Below, piece after piece: positions 24,006 through 31,105 of a stretch of DNA of 64,000 nt. The notes below the pieces were generated by a model. That model was not told where the DNA came from. It was given only the letters and a program-made list of their open reading frames with translations, and did no database searches. Location: assembly GCA_017465025.1 (NCBI GenBank), contig JAFTXM010000113.1:626-64625 (forward strand), read 5' to 3'. Numbering within the stretch: the first letter of the stretch is position 1; every line of letters begins with the position of its first letter. A program made the position numbers and the translations under genes. Source of the DNA: Oscillospiraceae bacterium. Its GTDB lineage: Bacteria > Bacillota > Clostridia > Oscillospirales > Oscillospiraceae.

Positions 24006-26879
24006 ATGGCATTGATAAAATGCAAAATGTGCGGCGGTGATCTGAAAATCACCGAGGGTCTGACCGTTGCCGAGTGCGAATACTGCGGCAGCAGGCAGAC
24101 CATTCCCAGCGCAGACAACGAAAAGAAAATGACCCTCTTCACCAGAGCTGCCAGGCTTCTGCGCGGCTGCGAGTTTGACAAGGCGGCGGGCCTTTTCGAG
24201 AGCATAGTGGCGGACTTTCCCGAGGAGGCGGAGGCCTACTGGGGCTTGGTGCTGTGCAAATACGGCATTGAGTACGTGGACGACCCTGCCACCGGCAAAA
24301 AGGTGCCCACCTGCCACCGCTCCAGCTTCGACAGCGTTCTGGACGATGCCAACTTCGAGCAGGCCTGCGAGAATACCGACGCTGTTGCCCGCCGGGTCTA
24401 CCGGGACGAGGCGCGGCAGATAGAGGAGCTTCGCAAGCGCATCATTGAAGTCTCCGGCAGGGAAGAGCCCTATGATGTTTTCATATCCTACAAGGAGACG
24501 GACGAAAACGGCCAGCGCACTTTAGACAGCGTTATTGCTCAGGACATATACGATGAGCTGAGTGGAAAAGGCTATCGTGTGTTCTTCTCACGTATCAGCC
24601 TTGAGGACAAGCTGGGTGTTGAGTATGAGCCTTACATATTTGCTGCCCTCAATAGTGCAAAGGTAATGCTTGTTATAGGAACAGACTTTGAAAACTTTGA
24701 TGCGGTTTGGGTAAAAAACGAGTGGAGTCGGTTTCTAAAACTTATAGAGGCGGGTCAAAAGAAGGTACTTATCCCTGTTTTCAAGAATATAGATGCCTAT
24801 GACATGCCTAAGGAATTTAACAAACTCTCTGCACAGGATATGGGTAAGGTAGGCGCAATGCAGGATCTTGTTCGTGGTGTTGAGAAAATTATTCCGATTA
24901 CAAAAAACACTTTTGATACGACCCATGAACGAAGCACCACAGTCAATTCAGCCGGTGATAAAATTGCCTCTTTGCTTGACAGAGGTAAAATGGCATTAGA
25001 GGATAGTGATTGGGACAAAGCTACCGGTTTCTTTGAGGAAGTTCTAAACAACAACTCAAAAAATTCTCATGCTTATCTGGGAAAGGTTTTGGCTGAGGAA
25101 AAATGCAGTAATGCTGATGCTCTCATACTGTTACTAGATCAAATAGGCGAAGTAGAATTTGAGACCCTGAAGCTCTCTTCAAACCAAAACCATATACTGG
25201 ATATGGCTAACTGTTATCATGTTGAAGGATATCTTTCTAAATCGGAAGTAATAACGCTTTATAATTATGATCTTAGCTATACATCTAAAGTGCGTCCTTT
25301 TGAAGAAATACTTGAAAGTAAGAAAAAATGGTTTGAATATAACAAAAATTTTGCTCGAGCTGAACAGTTTGCCTCTTCTGAGTTAGCAACGCTGATAGAG
25401 TACATAAAGAACTCTGTTTTGGGCAGATGCAATACGATGCTTGCAGAGGAAAAGGAACATGAAAAAGAGACAAAGGAAAAACTTTGCTCTGCCTATGAAA
25501 AGCATATAGAAAAGATAGACGAAGAGGTAAAAAAACTAAATGCCAAGGCTGTTTCTAAGCGTGATGCAGACTATGATGTATGGACAGCAAACATTGAAAT
25601 AGAATCAGTTCCTGCGCATCTGCTGAATACTGCTACTAAGCTTGATGGACTGAACGGTTACAAAGACAGTTCTATTTTCGCGAAGAAAGCGAGAGATAAG
25701 GCCGCTGTTGAGCAAGCGAAACTGGATGCTGCAATTGAAATAGCAAACCTAAAAAAAGCTAAGACAAAAAAACTTAGTATTCTTGCTGCAATAGCGATTG
25801 TAATTGTCGCAACTGCTTTTTTCACAGTAACAGAAATTGTTATTCCCGCCAATGATTACAAAGCAGCAGAAGCATTAGTTGATGCGGGGAAATACGAAGA
25901 AGCAATTGCTGCCTTTGAAACATTGAAAGGATATAAGGATTCTGAAGAAAGATACCAAGAACTTTCTGAACATGTAGCTCGAGAAAAGGCAGAAGCTGAA
26001 ATAAAAAAGCATAACCCCAACAGTTTTATTTCTGCTGGTTTCTACCATACTGTGGGTTTGAAATCCGATGGTACGGTAATATCTACGGAGTATACTGGTA
26101 TATTTTCTGGTAGTCGGTGTGATGTGTATGGTTGGCGTGACATTGTATCAATAAGTGCTGGAGAAAATCTTACTTTAGGGCTTAAATCAGATGGTACAGT
26201 GGTTGCTGCAGGAGAAAGTGATTATTTAACTCAAATACTATCTTGGCAAGACATCATATCTATTAGCACATGGAATTATCATGCTGTAGGTTTACGGTCA
26301 GACGGCACTGTTGTTGTTGCGGGGAAGAATGGCGTTAATGACGATAGATGTAATGTAGATGATTGGCGTGACATCGTAGCAATAAGCGCAGGACAATGGT
26401 TTACTGTAGGCCTTAAATCAGACGGTACAGTAGTTGCTGTTGGGAGTAAGGAAGATGGACGATGCGATGTGAGCGAATGGACAGACATTGTTGCTATAAG
26501 TACAGGCTCTAGTCACACTGTAGGGCTTAAATCAGATGGAACAGTAGTTGCTGTTGGAAATAATAAACATGGTGCATGCAATGTTGGTGAATGGACAGAT
26601 ATTGTAGCAATCAGTGCTGGAAACATGCATACTGTAGGTCTGAAATCAGATGGCACGGTGGTAGCAACTACACACACGGGGACTTTTTATAACGGATGGT
26701 GTGATGTTGGTGAATGGACAGATATTGTAGCAATCAGTGCTGGACGAGACCACACCGTAGGTCTAAAGTCAGATGGCACGGTTGTAGCCACTAAGTACAT
26801 AGGGGACTATTATTGTGGACAGTGCGATGTGTCTGACTGGTCAGATATTAAACTTCCTGAAAAAGAAGTAGGAGTGTAA
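24006..26879 (+). CDS. 957-aa paralogue: zinc ribbon, TIR, TPR/coiled coil, single TM helix, one seven-bladed RCC1-like propeller
   Basis: Collinear with the first 300 aa of the 1691-aa protein, with identical spacing (YDVFISYKE at 156, VWVKNEWSR at 234-242). TM at aa 590-614. Seven blades of the form IVAISAGxxHTVGLKSDGTVVA. Confidence 0.9.
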   Translation: MALIKCKMCGGDLKITEGLTVAECEYCGSRQTIPSADNEKKMTLFTRAARLLRGCEFDKAAGLFESIVADFPEEAEAYWGLVLCKYGIEYVDDPATGKKVPTCHRSSFDSVLDDANFEQACENTDAVARRVYRDEARQIEELRKRIIEVSGREEPYDVFISYKETDENGQRTLDSVIAQDIYDELSGKGYRVFFSRISLEDKLGVEYEPYIFAALNSAKVMLVIGTDFENFDAVWVKNEWSRFLKLIEAGQKKVLIPVFKNIDAYDMPKEFNKLSAQDMGKVGAMQDLVRGVEKIIPITKNTFDTTHERSTTVNSAGDKIASLLDRGKMALEDSDWDKATGFFEEVLNNNSKNSHAYLGKVLAEEKCSNADALILLLDQIGEVEFETLKLSSNQNHILDMANCYHVEGYLSKSEVITLYNYDLSYTSKVRPFEEILESKKKWFEYNKNFARAEQFASSELATLIEYIKNSVLGRCNTMLAEEKEHEKETKEKLCSAYEKHIEKIDEEVKKLNAKAVSKRDADYDVWTANIEIESVPAHLLNTATKLDGLNGYKDSSIFAKKARDKAAVEQAKLDAAIEIANLKKAKTKKLSILAAIAIVIVATAFFTVTEIVIPANDYKAAEALVDAGKYEEAIAAFETLKGYKDSEERYQELSEHVAREKAEAEIKKHNPNSFISAGFYHTVGLKSDGTVISTEYTGIFSGSRCDVYGWRDIVSISAGENLTLGLKSDGTVVAAGESDYLTQILSWQDIISISTWNYHAVGLRSDGTVVVAGKNGVNDDRCNVDDWRDIVAISAGQWFTVGLKSDGTVVAVGSKEDGRCDVSEWTDIVAISTGSSHTVGLKSDGTVVAVGNNKHGACNVGEWTDIVAISAGNMHTVGLKSDGTVVATTHTGTFYNGWCDVGEWTDIVAISAGRDHTVGLKSDGTVVATKYIGDYYCGQCDVSDWSDIKLPEKEVGV

Positions 26880-26882
26880 ATT

Positions 26883-28739
26883 ATGGGGAAATTTGTAATT
26901 GAATGTCCCTCGTGTGGACGATATGCGGAAGCCAAGACAGGCTTTTTCGCAAAAAAGAAGATAGACTGTGAGTGCGGCTACACCATCGATGTGCTCACGG
27001 ACAAACTGACAACAAGGGTCTGCCCTCACTGTGACAGCACCTTTGTCTATGACCAGTCGGTCAAGGGAAAAGTGCGCTGCCCCGCCTGTAAAAGCTGGGT
27101 CATACCCTCTGAGGATGATACAAAGCTGGTTAGAATTGCCTGTGAGCAGTGCGGCATTATTCTGCTGCCCACAATGACCGCTGAGACTTACACCTGCCCC
27201 GTCTGCGACCATGTCAACGATGTGCAGCGACTTCTGGTGCAGGACAAGATAAAGAAGGACGGCCTTGCCAGCATCATACGCTACGAGGGTGACAACAACA
27301 CCCTCGTCTGGAAGCACCCCATTGAGGACTTCAACTTCGGCTCGCAGCTCATCGTCCACGAGAGTCAGGAGGCCATCTTCTTTCAGGACGGTCAGGCCCT
27401 TGACCTTTTCGGCGCAGGCCGATACACCCTTGAAACCCAGCAGCTTCCCATCCTTGAGAAGTTCTACAAGCTGCCCACCGATACCGAGGGCACCTTCCAC
27501 TCCGAGGTCTACTTTATCAACAAAGTGGTGCAGATGGCCATCAAGTGGGGTACTCCGGAAAAGCTGCGCTTCATCGACCCCCTCACCGGCGTTCCCCTTG
27601 AGCTGGGCGCATCCGGCGAGATGAACATTCAGGTGTCCGACTCCAGAAGGCTGCTTTTGAAGCTGGTTGGCACCATGAAGGGCATCGCATGGGATTCCGG
27701 CGATGGCCTTGCAAAGTCCCTGCAGAGCGTTTTCCGCCCCCTTATCACCACCGCGGTCAAGGCAAATCTGGCCGGCGTCATCAAGGACGAGGCCATAGAC
27801 ATTCTGGAAGTGGACGCAAAGCTGGAGCTTATCTCCGAGAGACTACGCGAGAAGCTGCTTCCCGGCTTTGAGGAATACGGCCTTACCATCCCCCAGTTTT
27901 ATGTGACCACCGTTGTCCTCCCGGAGGATGACCCCAACTTCAAGCGCATCCGTGAGTTACATACCATTACTCTCCAGACCCGCGTGATTCAGGCCGAGGC
28001 CGTGGTAAAAACCGCCGAGGCACAGGCACAGGCTCAGTACCGCGTGGCAGAGGAGCAGAGCGCCGCCGCCATCGAGAGCGCCCACCGTGAGGCCGTCATG
28101 CAAAAGCAGACCACCGAGACGGAGGTTGCCCGCGCGGCAGCCGAGCGCCGGGTCATCGAGGCTCAGGCTGAGGCACAGGCACAGCGCATGGCCGGGCTCA
28201 CCGAGGCGGAGATCATGGCCGCCAAGGGCTACACCGAAAAAGACGTCATTCAGGCCGATGTGCAGAAGGCCTACGCCGAGAGCATCGGCAACATGGGCCC
28301 CGCCATTTCTGCCGGAGGCGGCAGCAGCGGTATTCTGGGCGATATGCTGGGTCTTGGCGTGGGCATGGCCGCGGCCGGTGTCGTCGCGCCCCAGATAGGG
28401 GAGATGATGCAGGGCTTTAAGATGCCCGCACAGGCCCCTGCTGCCCCGGCAGCGCCCGTGGCTTCTGGATGGGATTGCCCTGCCTGCGGCACAAAGAACG
28501 TCCAGAGCCGTTTCTGCCCCGACTGCGGCGCTAAGAAGCCGGAGCGGGATGTGAGCTGGGATTGCCCCGTCTGCGGTGAAAAGGACATAGCCTCCAACTT
28601 CTGCCCCACCTGCGGCGCAAAAAGGCCCAGCAGCGCATGGGACTGCCCTGAGTGCGGAATGAAAGGCATCAGCAGTAAGTTCTGCCCAAACTGCGGCCAC
28701 CGGAGCACTCTTGACAGTGCAATGGAGGTTCAGGTATGA
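26883..28739 (+). CDS. SPFH/Band-7 domain protein (YdjI / 'virion core protein' type) with three N-terminal and three C-terminal zinc ribbons
   Basis: N-terminal CPSC..CEC, CPHC..CPAC and CEQC..CPVC. Core IIRYEGDNNTLVWKHP...IVHESQEAIFFQDGQ...YFINK is typical of the Band_7_1 SPFH subfamily. This is followed by an Ala/Gln coiled coil, a Gly-rich hydrophobic segment, and 3 x WDCPxCGxK..S.FCPxCG. Confidence 0.85.
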   Translation: MGKFVIECPSCGRYAEAKTGFFAKKKIDCECGYTIDVLTDKLTTRVCPHCDSTFVYDQSVKGKVRCPACKSWVIPSEDDTKLVRIACEQCGIILLPTMTAETYTCPVCDHVNDVQRLLVQDKIKKDGLASIIRYEGDNNTLVWKHPIEDFNFGSQLIVHESQEAIFFQDGQALDLFGAGRYTLETQQLPILEKFYKLPTDTEGTFHSEVYFINKVVQMAIKWGTPEKLRFIDPLTGVPLELGASGEMNIQVSDSRRLLLKLVGTMKGIAWDSGDGLAKSLQSVFRPLITTAVKANLAGVIKDEAIDILEVDAKLELISERLREKLLPGFEEYGLTIPQFYVTTVVLPEDDPNFKRIRELHTITLQTRVIQAEAVVKTAEAQAQAQYRVAEEQSAAAIESAHREAVMQKQTTETEVARAAAERRVIEAQAEAQAQRMAGLTEAEIMAAKGYTEKDVIQADVQKAYAESIGNMGPAISAGGGSSGILGDMLGLGVGMAAAGVVAPQIGEMMQGFKMPAQAPAAPAAPVASGWDCPACGTKNVQSRFCPDCGAKKPERDVSWDCPVCGEKDIASNFCPTCGAKRPSSAWDCPECGMKGISSKFCPNCGHRSTLDSAMEVQV

Positions 28740-29422
28740 AAAGCAGTAAAGTGAGATTTTACATAGTCCTTGCGGCGGTGCTGGTGCTCTTTTGCGTAAT
28801 CGCGCTGCTTGTGCCCTTCGCAAGAGGCTTTGTGTTCTGGCTGAGCTTTGCCGCTGCCGTCTTTGCCATTCTCATTCAGCTCTACGCTATGCCAAGAGCC
28901 ATGCAGGGCGACGCCAGAAGCAAATATTACGGCTTCCCCATCCTGCGCATCAGCTTTATCTACCTTGTGGTTCAGCTTGCTCTGAGCCTTGTGTTCATGG
29001 CCCTTGGCAGCTTTATCCCATGGTGGGTGCCTGCCATGGTTTATATTGTTCTCGCCTGCGTTGCTCTTGTTGGCTTTGTGGCTGCCGATTCCGTCCGTGA
29101 AGAGGTACAGCAGCAGGACGAGGAGATCAAAAACAAGGTGCAGCTCATGCGCTCTCTCCAGTCCAGAGCCAATGTGCTGGCCGGACAGTTTGAAAGCGGC
29201 GAGGCCGGCAAGGCATTGAAGAAATTTGCCGAGGATATGCGCTATTCCGACCCTGTCAGCGTGGATGCCATAGCCGATGCGGAAGCGGAGCTTATCGTCG
29301 CCATAGATAACCTTCAGCAGGCTGTGATAGATGCCAACGAGGCCGATATTGTCACCCTCTGCCGCAAAGCCACCGCCGCCCTTGCCGAGCGCAACCGCCT
29401 CTGCAAGCTCAATAAGCACTGA
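28736..29422 (+). CDS. membrane protein: 4 predicted TM helices plus a cytoplasmic coiled-coil tail (no recognisable family)
   Basis: ATGA start/stop overlap with the SPFH gene. Hydrophobic helices lie at about aa 8-28, 32-52, 66-88 and 94-116, followed by an acidic helical tail. Confidence 0.7.
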   Translation: MKSSKVRFYIVLAAVLVLFCVIALLVPFARGFVFWLSFAAAVFAILIQLYAMPRAMQGDARSKYYGFPILRISFIYLVVQLALSLVFMALGSFIPWWVPAMVYIVLACVALVGFVAADSVREEVQQQDEEIKNKVQLMRSLQSRANVLAGQFESGEAGKALKKFAEDMRYSDPVSVDAIADAEAELIVAIDNLQQAVIDANEADIVTLCRKATAALAERNRLCKLNKH

Positions 29423-29427
29423 AATAG

Positions 29428-29460
29428 ATCACCCTGCCCGATATGAGCAGGGTGATTTTT
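29428..29460 (+). terminator. rho-independent terminator ending the cargo operon
   Basis: ATCACCCTGC-ccgatatga-GCAGGGTGAT followed by TTTTT. Confidence 0.85.
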
Positions 29461-29593
29461 GACCAGAATGTTGACCCTTGACAGTTTCTAACCATATGAA
29501 ACTAATGTACTGATTGGTATATAAATGTTCTGATTCTGAACTAAATATCAAATAATTTGGTTAAAAAAGTACTATTGGATACTCGCTTTGTAA

Positions 29594-29618
29594 TTCGAAT
29601 CCACCTTCCCCCACCAGA
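29594..29618 (+). repeat. attR core: orphan copy of the tRNA-Tyr 3' end
   Basis: Exact 25-bp match to 13341-13365. No upstream tRNA body is present. Confidence 0.9.
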
Positions 29619-29651
29619 AAAAGACAAGTTTCGACAGAAACTTGTCTTTTT
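29618..29651 (+). terminator. displaced original tRNA-Tyr terminator
   Basis: AAAAAGACAAGTTTC-gaca-GAAACTTGTCTTTTT immediately after the attR tRNA fragment. Confidence 0.7.
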
Positions 29652-29909
29652 CAGTTAAATCCACCCTTGCGGGTGGGTGAAATATTGCTTTGCAACGTGA
29701 AATACGCCTGCGGTGTGTGAAATTTGCCTCGGCCGTTAGTTGGTGGATTTAATTTCACTGTGAGCACAAGCAAACAATTTCACTAAAAGCTAACGATTAC
29801 TGAAGGTTCAAATTTATACATAAAGGTGCCGAAAATATCTATTTTGGCGCAATAGCCAAACAAAAAAGGCACCTTTTAGGATGTCCTTTTTGCCTTTTTC
29901 CTCCTGCCC

Positions 29910-30773
29910 TCAGCGCAGCTTGCCCGAATTACTCTCCGCCACCGAAATTGCCGCCTCAAGCTGGGCTATCATTTTTTCCCTGTCGTGATTGAGCGTTCCG
30001 GCAAGGGACAAAAAATTTGAAACATGGTTGGAGCGCAGTATGGTGCCTTCGCTATCCACATTTTCAAGGAACAGCTTTTGCTCTTTCAGGTCCTCCAGCG
30101 GGCTGAGCGCCGGAAACTTCCCGGCGCGGTAAGCTTTTCCGAGAGGTGTGTCGGCGTAGAGATGCAAAGTGAGTAGACCCAGATATTCAGGCTTTGTGGC
30201 GCTGACCAGTCGGGCTGACTCTATTGCGTGCTCTGTGCTGTCAGGCCGCCCGCCAAGGCCGGTTACAAGCGTCATTGACACTTTTATTCCGGCGGCCTTT
30301 AATTTCAGGCAGGCCTCCGTCATCTCGGCGGCGCTTATCTTCTTGTTAACATCCCTTAGTATCTTGTCGCTGCCGGTTTCAGCGCCGATATACACCATTT
30401 CCAGGCCGCAGCGCCGAAGCATGCGCAGCTCTTCCGGACTCTTCATCAGTATATCCCGGGCTGTGCCATAGGTGCTGACCCGCCGTATATGGGGGAAAAG
30501 CTCGTATATTTTGCCAAGCACCGCAACTATGATGTCGGTTTTTACTATCAGCGCATCTCCGTCAGCCAGAAATACACGGTCAAAATTATAGGGATAGTGC
30601 TCCTTGACCCAGTAAAGATCGCTTATTACCTCATTGAGCTCACGGATGCGGAAATGCTTGTTTTTGTACATTGAACAAAAAGTACAGCCATTGTGGGCGC
30701 AGCCGATGGTGAGCTGTATTATGAGACTGTTTGCCTCACTGGGCGGACGGTAAACATCGCCTTCGTAAATCAT
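29910..30773 (-). CDS. radical SAM domain protein
   Basis: N-terminal GCAHNGCTFC cluster motif in a TIM-barrel-like, roughly 290-aa protein. Confidence 0.7.
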   Translation of the reverse strand: MIYEGDVYRPPSEANSLIIQLTIGCAHNGCTFCSMYKNKHFRIRELNEVISDLYWVKEHYPYNFDRVFLADGDALIVKTDIIVAVLGKIYELFPHIRRVSTYGTARDILMKSPEELRMLRRCGLEMVYIGAETGSDKILRDVNKKISAAEMTEACLKLKAAGIKVSMTLVTGLGGRPDSTEHAIESARLVSATKPEYLGLLTLHLYADTPLGKAYRAGKFPALSPLEDLKEQKLFLENVDSEGTILRSNHVSNFLSLAGTLNHDREKMIAQLEAAISVAESNSGKLR

Positions 30774-31102
30774 GTCTCATTCACCAAGCGTCCGAAAGCA
30801 TCGAGAATTGCGCTCATGCTGTCCGGCTTTTCAAGGTTGATCTTTATCACGCCTGTTGCTGTTTTCAAATCCACAACCGGCTTTTTCTCCGTAACGCTTA
30901 CGCATTTACCGGAGGATATGTTCCGGTGGGATTTTTCTGCGCTCTCTACAGCGGAAAAGGGAAGATAGTCCCACTTAAAACCGGCGGGTATGTAGAGCGC
31001 AAGCTCACCCACACGGTATTGCTCCACTTTTTTTCCAGCGCGGAAATCCGCAGCCGGATCATCGATAAAGCAATTTTCAATCAATGGTCTGAATTTAGCC
31101 AT
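30770..31102 (-). CDS. hypothetical protein (110 aa)
   Basis: ATGA overlap with the radical SAM gene start. Follows the MFS gene by 3 nt. No motif assigned. Confidence 0.5.
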   Translation of the reverse strand: MAKFRPLIENCFIDDPAADFRAGKKVEQYRVGELALYIPAGFKWDYLPFSAVESAEKSHRNISSGKCVSVTEKKPVVDLKTATGVIKINLEKPDSMSAILDAFGRLVNET

Positions 31103-31105
31103 GCT

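Larger units (their letters stand above)
13341..29618. mobile_element. 16.3-kb integrative mobilizable element (IME / genomic island) in the tRNA-Tyr 3' end
   Basis: 25-bp direct repeat at both ends. Contains a tyrosine integrase next to the tRNA, an Xis-like HTH, a RepA-like ATPase and a MobV relaxase. No capsid, tail or terminase genes. The displaced native tRNA terminator lies after attR. Confidence 0.85.

Noticed and set aside
21305-26879. Regular nucleotide periodicity of about 114-125 bp, with near-identical 30-35-nt stretches (for example gaatggacagatattgtagcaatcagtgctgga at about 26590 and about 26710). I considered a CRISPR array or satellite.
   Set aside because: The repeats are in frame, inside long ORFs, and encode RCC1-like blades (IVAISAGxxHTVGLKxDGTVVA). 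There are no unique spacers, no leader and no cas genes.
18863-29422. Classifying the cargo as a canonical Thoeris system (multiple TIR genes plus an effector).
   Set aside because: I see no ThsA-like SIR2/SLOG or TM-Macro protein. The TIR proteins are membrane-anchored giants rather than small soluble ThsB-like proteins. At most there is a Thoeris-like logic, and only profile searches can decide.
13341-29618. The possibility that the tRNA-Tyr island is a prophage.
   Set aside because: It has no terminase, portal, capsid, tail or lysis genes. Instead it carries a MobV relaxase and a RepA-like ATPase, so I call it an IME.
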